Source: an uncultured Candidatus Saccharibacteria bacterium
Lineage (GTDB): Bacteria > Patescibacteriota > Minisyncoccia > Phycocordibacterales > DATGWK01
DNA: 64,000 bases
Direction: 5' to 3'
NCBI GenBank assembly: GCA_964428845.1
Contig: CAYRZH010000002.1
Location: 6,924-70,923 of the forward strand
The translations under genes and the position numbers were made by a program. Under the pieces are notes generated by a model. That model ran no database searches. It had not been told where the DNA came from and was given only the letters and a program-made list of their open reading frames with translations. Positions within the stretch are counted from its first letter, which is position 1. Each line of letters begins with the position of its first letter. Of this stretch, positions 8,311-17,018 are shown in pieces.

Positions 8311-8544
8311 ATGTACATCAAAATCCGCGCCGTACCATCGGCTAAAAAAGAGCTGTTCGAGCAAGTCTCCAAAGACCACTTTAAGATTACTGTGCGCGAG
8401 AAGCCGAAGAACAACCAGGCCAATCAGCGCATCGTCGCTCTCGTGGCTTCCCACTTCAAGATCGCTTCAGGGAAGGTGAGAATTATTTCAGGCCATCATT
8501 CGCCAAGCAAAATTCTTTCAGTCGATATTGAAACAGTCGGTTAA
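8311..8544 (+). CDS. DUF167 / YggU-family protein
   Basis: MYIKIRAVPSAKKE....ITVREKPKNNQANQRIVALVASHF...GKVRIISG matches the YggU pattern. Confidence 0.65.
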   Translation: MYIKIRAVPSAKKELFEQVSKDHFKITVREKPKNNQANQRIVALVASHFKIASGKVRIISGHHSPSKILSVDIETVG

Positions 8545-8614
8545 ATGTGTCCTATAAATTCCCAAGCACTATCTTTTGCTGATTTTGTAATTTTCTTTAG
8601 ACCAATTTGTTATA

Positions 8615-9037
8615 ATGAAAAAGATTATCAGTAACCATACGAGCATGAAAATAAACATCAAAGCCACAAATATGCATTTGACTCCCGAAATATCAGATTA
8701 TCTAGAAAAGAAGATAAATATGCTCGACAGACTGATCGACCCAGCTGATACAAGCGTTTCCTGCAATATAGAAGTCGGCAAGACAACCAACCACCACAAA
8801 ACAGGAGATGTTTTTAGGACAGAAATAAATTTAACAAAAGATGGCAAATACTTTCGGGCAGTGGCGGAAGAGGAGACACTCAACGCCTCGATTGATGAAG
8901 CGAAAGATGAAATCATGCGAGAGCTTAAGAGCCACAAATCAAAACGCCAGACTCTCATTCGACGTGGTGGTGCGAGAATAAAGGATCTTATAAGGGGTGT
9001 TGGAAATCTGAAGAATTTGAGGCGGTGGAGGAGGTAG
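8615..9037 (+). CDS. hpf: ribosome hibernation promoting factor / RaiA-family protein
   Basis: MKINIKATNMHLTPEISDYLEKKI is a sigma-54 modulation / YfiA family signature; the start may be at 8645. Confidence 0.8.
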   Translation: MKKIISNHTSMKINIKATNMHLTPEISDYLEKKINMLDRLIDPADTSVSCNIEVGKTTNHHKTGDVFRTEINLTKDGKYFRAVAEEETLNASIDEAKDEIMRELKSHKSKRQTLIRRGGARIKDLIRGVGNLKNLRRWRR

Positions 9038-9244
9038 GGGTCTTGAATAGATATCGAAGCAGGACAGTGTCTGTTGTCTGGTTTGGAGATCGATCGAGGA
9101 GAGTCCGCAGGAAGATTTACTCATCCACATCACAGGGTTTTGAATAGACGCCGAGGCGAGACTAGCGAGCGCGACGGCGCGAGCTCGAGGAAAATTTTAG
9201 CAAAAATTTATCCGTGCTCGACGAGGTGTGCTATTCAAAACCCC
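9037..9244. repeat. MITE-like structured repeat, copy 1 (208 bp, terminal inverted repeats GGGGTCTTGAATAG / CTATTCAAAACCCC)
   Basis: It shares three modules with 31199-31496: GAGAGTCCGCAGGAAGATT, GGGGTTTTGAATAGAYGCCGAGGCGRG and TTTATCCGTGCTCGAC..CTATTCAARACCCC. It exactly fills the gap between the convergent hpf and fmt stop codons. Confidence 0.55.
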
Positions 9245-9246
9245 AA

Positions 9247-10101
9247 TCACCTCACTCCCCGCAAGAAATCTTCATAAGACATTTCTTTCTTACCCTCCGG
9301 TATCACTTTAGTTATCTCCAACTTCCCATCCGACATCTCGGCTTCTCGCACCACTACGCGTAGCTTTTTGCCTTTATGATCCGCGAAAAAATATGCGGTC
9401 GGCCAGTCTCTGTACGCGCGGATTTTCTTTAAGTTTTCTTCGGCGTTGCCCAAAAGATCAAGCAACCCATCCTCTTTTTTGATCTTCTTTGTAAATGTGG
9501 CACGAGCGTGGTCCTGCTCCGTTGCTTTTATTTTCCCTTCTACCCAACCTGGAAGTATTTTTACTAGAAGTTTGCCACCTGCTTCTGCAAGAGTGTTTCG
9601 AAGTCGATCTGCGTACGGTGGCCAGTCCGAAATCGCTACTTCCTCCTGCACTACGATGGGCCCGTGATCCACTTTTTCGTCAACGAGCATTATTGTTACC
9701 CCTGTTTTTTCTTCATTTAAAATTGCTGACTGAATAGGTGTGGCGCCGCGAAGCTTGGGGAGAAGGGAAGGGTGAACATTTAAGGTGCCATGCTTGGGAA
9801 TATTTAAAATATTTTTAGGAATAATTTTACCGTACGATGCTACGATAAAAAGGTCGGCCGAGAGCGCTGTAAGTTTTTCAGAAAAATTCTTATCGTTAAG
9901 CTTTTCCGGCTGGAGGCACGCGATAGAGTGCTTTTCTGCCAACATCTTTACCGGAGAGGGAGTGATTACCAATTTTCTTCCTTGTGGTTTGTCTGGAGTT
10001 GTTACAATAAGCGTGGGTAAAAAGCCACCGGCCAGGAGTTTGTCCAAGACGCGACACGAAAACTCCGAACTGCCGAAAAAGACGAAGCCAATTTTACTCA
10101 T
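9247..10101 (-). CDS. fmt: methionyl-tRNA formyltransferase
   Basis: Formyltransferase N-domain motifs (HPSLLPKLRGATPIQSAI) and Fmt C-domain. Confidence 0.85.
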   Translation of the reverse strand: MSKIGFVFFGSSEFSCRVLDKLLAGGFLPTLIVTTPDKPQGRKLVITPSPVKMLAEKHSIACLQPEKLNDKNFSEKLTALSADLFIVASYGKIIPKNILNIPKHGTLNVHPSLLPKLRGATPIQSAILNEEKTGVTIMLVDEKVDHGPIVVQEEVAISDWPPYADRLRNTLAEAGGKLLVKILPGWVEGKIKATEQDHARATFTKKIKKEDGLLDLLGNAEENLKKIRAYRDWPTAYFFADHKGKKLRVVVREAEMSDGKLEITKVIPEGKKEMSYEDFLRGVR

Positions 10102-10606
10102 TTTTTATTGGCGGTATATCTTTTAAGTCCAGTGCTTTGTCGGTAAACAAAACTCCATCAAGATGATCTGTCTCGTGCTGAAATATTTGTGAAAGCAGGC
10201 CTGATGCCCCCATCTTAAATGGTTCGCCAGTCTCACTGTAAGCTTCTATCGTTGCCTGGGTTGAGCGTTTTACCTTGCCGTAGAGATATCTTACGCTCAA
10301 GCATCCCTCTTCCATCCATTCAGTTTTTTTGGAAAGTTTTGTGATCCGAGGGTTTATAAAGACAAGGTCCTCGGATCTTTTTTCTATATTTTTTATAAGG
10401 GAAAGAGTTCGGCCGGATACCACAAAGATACGTAATGCTTCACCTATCTGGGGTGCGGCAATAGCCACACCATCATCCTGCGATTCGAGCGCCTCTTTCA
10501 TCTTGCGGATTATGTTTTGCACTGGGACACTTTTTATCGAGGAAACCGGGACTTCTTGGGCTATTTTCCGCAACGTCGGGTTATCTCTGTCAACAATTTC
10601 TATCAT
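10094..10606 (-). CDS. def: peptide deformylase
   Basis: EGCLSV and HETDHLDG metal-binding motifs. Confidence 0.85.
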   Translation of the reverse strand: MIEIVDRDNPTLRKIAQEVPVSSIKSVPVQNIIRKMKEALESQDDGVAIAAPQIGEALRIFVVSGRTLSLIKNIEKRSEDLVFINPRITKLSKKTEWMEEGCLSVRYLYGKVKRSTQATIEAYSETGEPFKMGASGLLSQIFQHETDHLDGVLFTDKALDLKDIPPIKNE

Positions 10607-10628
10607 TTATTGATTATATCAAATGGTC

Positions 10629-12509
10629 TTAAAGGATGCTCTCGGGATCTATCGAAACATCAAACTGTGGTGGAAGTGAGCGCAACTTCTCTAGAAGCAG
10701 AGGTTCCACCCATCGATCTCTTCCTATTTTTATAAGAGCATGCATCGTATATTTCCCCTTCAGGTGCGGGGTGAATGCGGGGTAAACCTGAACCGAATAA
10801 TCTCCAAAGACGTGTGTAAGGTTTTCCATTTCTTCTTTTACTGCTTCTTCCCGGCCGGAGAGTGAAATTTTTATTAAAACTGTGAACGGTGGGTAGTCGA
10901 AAGCGCGCCTCTCTTCTATTTCTTCTTTGTAAAAATCAATGAGGTTTCCTCCCATAGCAAATCCCCAAATGCGACTCTCTGCGTTTCGTGTCTGTATAAG
11001 GACTTGTTTTTGGGCCAGTGACCTTATTTTCAATAAAATGTATAGCACTTTCTCATTTACTTTGAGATCCGGCATACCGAACATAGAGTCTATCGAAACT
11101 ACTGCTGTATTTGGGACCATCTCATCTATATAGGGCAAAGCCATTTCTGTTCCGAGAAGAACACTGCCGGTTGTTTCCAAGAATTTTTTAGCTTCTGCTG
11201 TGGCCTTGTTGTGAGTTTTTGTATTGTCAGCATCAATTCTGAAAAAATTAATATTCGGGAAGTCTTTCTTGAAATCTTCAGCTACTAACTCGGCACCTAT
11301 ACCAAGTGTTTTGAGTCTCCACCCGCCACAACCGAGACACTTCTGGTCAACGGCTCTTTTCTCACCGCATCTGTGGCAAAAAAGAAATCTCTCTGTCGGG
11401 GAAGAGTGGAGAGTAATAGGAGCCTTACAGCGTCGACATTCGACAACCCTACTACAATCGGCACAGAGGGTGAGAGGGGAGAGACCACGACGACTTGCAA
11501 AAAGAAACAGTCTTTCATTATTCTTTTTGGTGTTTTGGATTAATTCTTCTAATTCGGGAGAAAAAATTTTGAACAAACCGTCTTTCTTTTCTGCTTGGCG
11601 CATGTCTACGAGAGACTGCTTCGCACTTGTTATAGATCTAAATTTGAGCGGCGAGAGTTCTGCAAACTCATCGTGCTTGTATCTCCAAACCGTTTCGACT
11701 CGCAGTAGTGTGTCACCGCAAACCAGTCGCGCCCCGACCGCCCTGGCGAAGTACTCGGCGAAGATGCGCAGGTCGACATGTGGTCTGGTGGGGAGTTTGT
11801 AGAGTCGGGAACCTTCTCTCTCCACGATAATAGTGCCGAGGTCTTTGCGCGGCACAGACAAAAATCCTCCCGTTCCTATTATAAGCACGGGGTGATTTTC
11901 CTTTAGAAGCTTATTCCAAAGCATTACTACATCTTTCTTTTTTAGTTGATTGTGAAAAACAAAAGAGTAAGGACCGATGCCTTTCTCTAGATGAGTTTTT
12001 GCTCGTAGAACATCAGCAGATGTAGGCAAACACAAAAAAACCGAAGAATTCTTGGCAAACTCTTCCCGCACGATGCTCTTGTAGTGGGCAAATCTTTCTT
12101 CGTCGTCTGATTGGATGACAAGTCTGTGGTGTTTGTGCGGAATTTGTTCATTGTCTGGCTCGTCCAGATCCTCGGCGGCCTCAAGGATCTGCTTTGGAAT
12201 AATACTTTTGAGAACACTGCCAGTAGTGCTAGCGAAATATTCTGCGGTTATGCTGGCCGCCTCGATAAATTTGCTGGAAATAAACTTAGAAGAAACAAGT
12301 TTTTCAGCCTTCTTTATTGAAAACGAAAGTGCTTTCAAGTCAGCTTTTTTGTCTGCCAAATCTTCTATGCCGACGACAAGTGCATGCACACTTTTTCCTC
12401 GCAATGGTACTTTCATAATCGACCCGACGCTCGCGTCTGTGGAAGTAAAATATGTAAGAGTCTCTTTGGAAATCCCGCGACTAAAAGGTATGACGCTGAT
12501 TATCTTCAT
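10629..12509 (-). CDS. priA: primosomal protein N' (PriA helicase)
   Basis: DEAD-like helicase motifs plus the PriA Cys-rich zinc module (CADCSRVVECRRC...CHRCGEKRAVDQKCLGCGG). Confidence 0.85.
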   Translation of the reverse strand: MKIISVIPFSRGISKETLTYFTSTDASVGSIMKVPLRGKSVHALVVGIEDLADKKADLKALSFSIKKAEKLVSSKFISSKFIEAASITAEYFASTTGSVLKSIIPKQILEAAEDLDEPDNEQIPHKHHRLVIQSDDEERFAHYKSIVREEFAKNSSVFLCLPTSADVLRAKTHLEKGIGPYSFVFHNQLKKKDVVMLWNKLLKENHPVLIIGTGGFLSVPRKDLGTIIVEREGSRLYKLPTRPHVDLRIFAEYFARAVGARLVCGDTLLRVETVWRYKHDEFAELSPLKFRSITSAKQSLVDMRQAEKKDGLFKIFSPELEELIQNTKKNNERLFLFASRRGLSPLTLCADCSRVVECRRCKAPITLHSSPTERFLFCHRCGEKRAVDQKCLGCGGWRLKTLGIGAELVAEDFKKDFPNINFFRIDADNTKTHNKATAEAKKFLETTGSVLLGTEMALPYIDEMVPNTAVVSIDSMFGMPDLKVNEKVLYILLKIRSLAQKQVLIQTRNAESRIWGFAMGGNLIDFYKEEIEERRAFDYPPFTVLIKISLSGREEAVKEEMENLTHVFGDYSVQVYPAFTPHLKGKYTMHALIKIGRDRWVEPLLLEKLRSLPPQFDVSIDPESIL

Positions 12510-12512
12510 TAG

Positions 12513-12548
12513 CTTGAATAGTAATCTTAGAGAATATATTTTACAAAC
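12513..12548 (-). promoter_or_regulatory. sigma70-like promoter for priA
   Basis: Minus-sense TTGTAA - 17 nt - TACTAT immediately upstream of the priA ATG. Confidence 0.4.
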
Positions 12549-12550
12549 CT

Positions 12551-12670
12551 AAGACAAAATCCGCACAAGCTACCTCGCCTCGCACGGATATTTTTCTGCT
12601 GAAAAATTCCTCGTGCTCGCGCCGTCGCGCTCGCAAGGCTTCGTCTCGGTACTTGTGCGGATTTTGTCTT
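12551..12670. repeat. 120-bp element with 19-bp perfect terminal inverted repeats (AAGACAAAATCCGCACAAG / CTTGTGCGGATTTTGTCTT) around a GC-rich core
   Basis: Seen directly; the right arm overlaps the murA stop codon. It sits between murA and priA on the minus strand and may be a terminator structure or a MITE. Confidence 0.5.
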
Positions 12671-14180
12671 ATAAATCTCTCAATATCTGAATCTTTGCAC
12701 CAAGGCTATTGAGTCGCTTGATGATATCTTCGTAGCCACGATTGATACTGTAAATATTTCGTAGCACCGAGGTGCCCGAAGCCGCGAGCATACCGATAAG
12801 GATAATTGCGGCGGGGCGAAGGGCTGGCGGGCAAATGACCTCTGCCGCCTTGAGCTTTGTCGGACCGGTGATATAGATGCGATGTGGGTCGGCAAGTAGT
12901 GTGTCGGCGCCGAGTTTGTCGAGCTCTTTGTAGTGTATGGCGCGTTTCTCATAGACCCAGTCGTGTATAAAGGTGGTACCTTTGGCTTGGGTGGCGATCA
13001 CCGCGAAAAATGGAAGATTGTCTATGTTTAGTCCTGGATATGGTCGTGCCTCGATCTTTTCCTCGAGAGCCACGAGTTCGCTTGGTGATGTCTTGATATC
13101 TACTAGATTGGTACGTTCATTTAAGGCTTTATAACTTTTTATAATTTTATATTTAAAACCCATCTTCTCGAGTTTGAGCAGTTCGAGTTCTAGAAAATCA
13201 ATAGGACAGCGGCGAATGGTTATGCTCGACTTGGTCACTGCTGCCACGGCGATAAAAAACATGGACTCGATCGGATCCTCGCTCACATAATACGTGATCG
13301 GCTGGTCTATCACTTCTTTACCATGGATAGTTATTGTCGTTGTGCCTATACCTTCTATCTTCACGCCCAATTTTTCTAAAAAAAAGCAGACTTCTTGGCC
13401 CATGTAGTTGGCAGAAGCAAACTTGATGACAGTTTTTCCCGGGATCTTGGCGGCGGCGATGATGGTATTTTCGGTAACTGTGTCACCAGACTCGTAGAGC
13501 ACGATATAGTTGGGTTTGAGTGCATCTCTCTTCACCTCATAATGTTTGGAGGTGGTTTTTATATCCACCCCAAACTTTTCTAGGGCAAAAACATGAGGCT
13601 GTATAGTCCTAGAACCAAGTCTACACCCGCCAGCCTGGGGGAGTTTAAAACTTTTCGAGTTATGTATTAGGGAGCCGATAAGCATGATAATGCTTCTAGT
13701 TTTCTCTGCGGCTTCTGTGTTTATCTTTTTTATATCAATATTTTTAGGTGGTTTTATCTCGAGATCAGCACCACTCCATTTTGCCGATACGCCCATGCTC
13801 TCGAAGACCTCTATCATCCTGCGAACTTCTTCTATGCGAGGAACATTTTTTAAGATTGTTTTGTTTTTGTTTAAAAGGGAAGCGGCAAGAAGACCCATGG
13901 TGCCGTTTTTTGAAGTTTTTGTGACGATCTCGCCGGAAAGTTTTCTCCCGCCATCTATTTTTACATTTATTGCGCCACGAGAAATATTTAGAATATCCTT
14001 GTTCAACACAGAGCTGATCTTTGAGAGTGTCTCCGTGCTTAGGTTCTGCTCACCCTTCTCGATACGAGCAATGACACTTTGGGTTGTTCCGAGTGCTTTA
14101 CCAAACTCTTTCTGGGTGATACCACGCTCTTCTCGGAGGGTATGTATAAGTTTGCCGATATGTGCGAGCTGACTTTTCAT
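12669..14180 (-). CDS. murA: UDP-N-acetylglucosamine 1-carboxyvinyltransferase with an N-terminal XRE-type helix-turn-helix domain (HTH-MurA fusion)
   Basis: The N-terminal ~75 aa (LIHTLREERGITQKEFGKALGTTQSVIARIEKGEQNLSTETLSKISSVL) is an XRE HTH. It continues in one frame into a MurA N-terminus (KNGTMGLLAASLL..NVP) and a full MurA body. Confidence 0.8.
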   Translation of the reverse strand: MKSQLAHIGKLIHTLREERGITQKEFGKALGTTQSVIARIEKGEQNLSTETLSKISSVLNKDILNISRGAINVKIDGGRKLSGEIVTKTSKNGTMGLLAASLLNKNKTILKNVPRIEEVRRMIEVFESMGVSAKWSGADLEIKPPKNIDIKKINTEAAEKTRSIIMLIGSLIHNSKSFKLPQAGGCRLGSRTIQPHVFALEKFGVDIKTTSKHYEVKRDALKPNYIVLYESGDTVTENTIIAAAKIPGKTVIKFASANYMGQEVCFFLEKLGVKIEGIGTTTITIHGKEVIDQPITYYVSEDPIESMFFIAVAAVTKSSITIRRCPIDFLELELLKLEKMGFKYKIIKSYKALNERTNLVDIKTSPSELVALEEKIEARPYPGLNIDNLPFFAVIATQAKGTTFIHDWVYEKRAIHYKELDKLGADTLLADPHRIYITGPTKLKAAEVICPPALRPAAIILIGMLAASGTSVLRNIYSINRGYEDIIKRLNSLGAKIQILRDL

Positions 14181-14285
14181 ATTTAAAATCAGCATAGCAT
14201 ATATGATATGTTTTGTCTTGTCATTGATGATCTGAATTGTGGATAATGATAAGTAATCTTTTCTAGGCCAAACTTTTTTCATAAA

Positions 14286-14320
14286 AAATAGTTGTCAATT
14301 GAGTGGAATCAGAATATTAT
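14286..14320 (+). promoter_or_regulatory. sigma70-like promoter for mreB
   Basis: TTGTCA - 17 nt - TATTAT. Confidence 0.4.
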
Positions 14321-14340
14321 TGAGTTCGATCACTAAAAAT

Positions 14341-15354
14341 ATGGCTTTTTTACGCAAAAAATTGGGAATCGATCTCGGTACCACAAGCACACTGGTTTTT
14401 GTCCCGGGCAAAGGGGTTGTCTTAAATGAACCCTCCGTGGTAGCTGTTTCTGAAGAGGACAACAAGATCATGGCTATTGGTATCGAAGCCAAAAGCATGA
14501 TCGGTAAGACTCCAGAAAGTATTATTGCCTACAGACCCATGAAGGATGGAGTTATTGCTGACTATCGTGTCACCGAGGCCATGCTTCGGTATTATATAAA
14601 TAAAGCTTTGCCGAAATGGAACCTTACAAAACCCGAAGTCCTCATCTCTGTCCCTGCTGGTGTAACTTCCACAGAACGTCGCGCGGTCATCGAGGCGGCG
14701 ATCAAGGCGGGGGCCAAGAATGCTTATGTGGTAAAAGAACCCATCCTTGCGGCAATCGGAGCGGGAATTCCGATCCAGGAAGCAGTAGGGCATATGATAG
14801 TCGATATCGGTGGAGGTACCACTGACGTTGCAGTGATCTCGCTCGGGGGTATAGTAGCGGCCAAATCCGTAAAATGTGCTGGCAACAAGATCGACTACGC
14901 TATTGCCGACTATATCAAGAAGACATTCAATCTAGCGATCGGAGACAAAACTGCTGAAGATGTGAAGATTAAGATAGGTTCGGCTATTCCACTCGACGAA
15001 GAACTCTCGATCACCATCAAAGGTCGAGACTTTATTTCTGGTCTACCACGCTCGGTTGAGATAAAGACAAACGAGATCGTCAAAGCTATAGGTAGGGAAT
15101 TGCGGGAAATGGTCAAAGCTATAAAAGATGTCTTTCAGGATACTCCGCCAGAGCTTGCCTCGGACATTATTGATAGGGGAATAATAATGACCGGAGGATC
15201 CTCTCAACTTCGAAATCTCCCAGAACTTGTTTATCGAAGAACCGGTGTGAAGGCTATTCTTGCAGAAGATCCAATTTTTTGTGTTGTGAAAGGTACAGGA
15301 ATAGCCCTCGAGCACTTAGCTGTGTATAAGAAAAGCATTATCGCCAAAAGGTAG
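14341..15354 (+). CDS. mreB: rod shape-determining protein MreB (paralog 1)
   Basis: Actin-like ATPase motifs (LGIDLGTTST, DIGGGTTD). Confidence 0.85.
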   Translation: MAFLRKKLGIDLGTTSTLVFVPGKGVVLNEPSVVAVSEEDNKIMAIGIEAKSMIGKTPESIIAYRPMKDGVIADYRVTEAMLRYYINKALPKWNLTKPEVLISVPAGVTSTERRAVIEAAIKAGAKNAYVVKEPILAAIGAGIPIQEAVGHMIVDIGGGTTDVAVISLGGIVAAKSVKCAGNKIDYAIADYIKKTFNLAIGDKTAEDVKIKIGSAIPLDEELSITIKGRDFISGLPRSVEIKTNEIVKAIGRELREMVKAIKDVFQDTPPELASDIIDRGIIMTGGSSQLRNLPELVYRRTGVKAILAEDPIFCVVKGTGIALEHLAVYKKSIIAKR

Positions 15355-15410
15355 TTATTTTTTGGCTTTTTTGACGATTGTTAAAAAAAGATTTTTAATA
15401 TTGGATGTTG

Positions 15411-15438
15411 TTGACCTCTACTGAAATTGGAGTAATAT
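15411..15438 (+). promoter_or_regulatory. sigma70-like promoter of the unassigned RNA
   Basis: TTGACC - 16 nt - TAATAT. Confidence 0.45.
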
Positions 15439-15444
15439 TTCAAA

Positions 15445-15745
15445 CCAGGAGCGTGCATCAGACGAAAGAGCTTCCCGCAACGCGGCTCAATTGCCGCAAC
15501 AAACCCTGACCTCTTGCCAAAGGCTCGGCTACAAACCCACCGTCCCAACAGTGGGCGACAAGGGAGCGTAGTTTCCGCAAGGAAGGAACCCGTCGGGTTC
15601 TCGATCCGTTGTCGGGAGGAGATTCCGGCAATAGTCCGGAACGAACCCCCCCAAGGGTAAAGGGAAGAGTACTGGGGTCCGCTCAAAAAGACTCTGCCAC
15701 GCACGCAAACCTATCCCCCCGGCCATCACGGTTGGGGGGATTTTC
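15445..15745 (+). ncRNA. unassigned structured RNA candidate (~300 nt, GC-rich)
   Basis: About 58% GC in a ~40% GC genome, with no credible ORF on either strand. It is bracketed by a strong promoter and a CCCCCC..GGGGGG-Urich intrinsic terminator and contains a GNRA-capped helix (UUUCC GCAA GGAAG). Confidence 0.4.
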
Positions 15746-15749
15746 ATTT
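15715..15749 (+). terminator. intrinsic terminator of the unassigned RNA
   Basis: CCCCCC ggccatcacggtt GGGGGG followed by ATTTTCATTT. Confidence 0.6.
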
Positions 15750-15807
15750 ATTTGTTAGCCTTTTAGATTTATTCGATGGCGGGTGTTTTTAGTATAATGT
15801 TTGTATC

Positions 15808-16518
15808 GTGGAAACTTTAAAGAGAATCTATAGGGAAACATCCACTTTGCACCACGCCTGCCTTCTTTTGGGAGAAAGCGACTCACTTCTTAAAAAATTA
15901 GTTGATTTTCTAGAAGATGAAACCTCTTTTCGTTCTCGCGGCAATCCAGACTTCTTCCAAATTTCTCTCGATGTCTGCGGCATCGACGAAGCTCGCATGC
16001 TCAAAGATAGAGCTTTGATGAGGCCTATTGGGGATATCAAGATAGTGATTGTTTCCTTTAACTCTATAACCACTGAAGCCCAAAATTCTCTCTTGAAGAT
16101 TTTTGAAGAACCTTTGGGTCAGACCCATTTTTTTGTTATCGCTCCCAACAAAGAAATATTTCTCGATACGTTATTATCAAGATTTTTTGTTGTTGATGGT
16201 GAACTAGACGGCAGTACTGACAGAAGTAAAATGGATAGTGTAGCCGAATCATTCTTGAAGTCATCTCCAAAAGACAGGATCTCTCAAGTCGCTAGCATGA
16301 TAGAAAAAAAGGATAAAACTGAAGTCGTTCGGTTTCTAAACTCCCTCGAAGGTTTGATATCCAAAAGTCTAAAAAAAGATGGGCCATCAGAGAGTTTGGT
16401 AAACATTTCAGAAGAGATACTTCGTTCAAAGAGTTTCCTCTACGATCGTTCTCCATCACTCAAGATGATTCTCGAACATTTATCTTGTATTATACCTATA
16501 TCCAATAAATCCAAATGA
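15808..16518 (+). CDS. holB: DNA polymerase III delta-prime subunit-like (clamp-loader) protein
   Basis: AAA+ clamp-loader-like N-domain (HHACLLLGE, DEARML..IVSFNSITTEAQNSLLKIFEEP). Confidence 0.65.
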   Translation: METLKRIYRETSTLHHACLLLGESDSLLKKLVDFLEDETSFRSRGNPDFFQISLDVCGIDEARMLKDRALMRPIGDIKIVIVSFNSITTEAQNSLLKIFEEPLGQTHFFVIAPNKEIFLDTLLSRFFVVDGELDGSTDRSKMDSVAESFLKSSPKDRISQVASMIEKKDKTEVVRFLNSLEGLISKSLKKDGPSESLVNISEEILRSKSFLYDRSPSLKMILEHLSCIIPISNKSK

Positions 16519-17009
16519 CCCTAGCTACTCATATCGTTGTTGGTGCTGCAGGTGCAAAAATCTTTGCCACAAATCCAATCCAAGGTTTTATTATTGGTTG
16601 GTTGAGTCACTATATTCTTGATTTTATTATTCACTGGGACTATCCGTTGTCTGTCACAAAGACGAAGAAAGTTCAATTTCCAGAAGGTAATCCCTTTTTA
16701 AATAAAGAAATACTCATAGATGTCTCCAAGGTAATTGTCGATGCTCTTTTGGGTTTTATTATCGTCTATCTTTTTTTGCGAGATGGAGTCCAGTTCTTTA
16801 ACCCTATTCTTTTTGCCGGTGCCCTTGGTGGTACAATCCCAGACTTTCTCCAGTTTCTTTATGCGATACGCAATATAAAGTTAGTTGGGGTTTTCCAGAA
16901 ATTCCACAATTTTATGCATGCCCAGAGAGATTTTTCTACCAGACCAATACTCGGGATTTCTATCCAGCTCATTTTAATTTTCGTTATTCTAGTTCTGTTT
17001 AATGGTTAA
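16515..17009 (+). CDS. hypothetical membrane protein (possibly DUF457/YdjM-like membrane hydrolase)
   Basis: MTLATHIVVGAAGAK N-terminus and 4-5 TM helices; overlaps the holB stop. Confidence 0.4.
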   Translation: MTLATHIVVGAAGAKIFATNPIQGFIIGWLSHYILDFIIHWDYPLSVTKTKKVQFPEGNPFLNKEILIDVSKVIVDALLGFIIVYLFLRDGVQFFNPILFAGALGGTIPDFLQFLYAIRNIKLVGVFQKFHNFMHAQRDFSTRPILGISIQLILIFVILVLFNG

Positions 17010-17018
17010 AATTTTGTT

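Noticed and set aside
8114-8479. 121-aa ORF inside the tRNA-Asn intron region
   Set aside because: It lies antisense within the group I intron core (P, Q, R, S elements), has no RBS, and has low-complexity, Ser/Arg-rich composition. It is not a homing endonuclease.
9074-9277. 67-aa ORF inside MITE-like copy 1, and the 108-aa ORF 31405-31731 inside copy 2
   Set aside because: Both arise from the conserved TTTATCCGTGCTCGAC module read in frame (YPCST..C). They have no RBS and differ in length and context, so they are more likely non-coding structured repeats.
15381-15747. Minus-strand ORFs 15381-15704 and 15529-15747, and the idea that they might encode a tmRNA tag
   Set aside because: They have no RBS and are antisense to a promoter-terminator-bounded GC-rich RNA. 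No tRNA-like T-arm/acceptor end or ..ALAA-stop tag frame could be found, so neither a protein nor a tmRNA could be supported.
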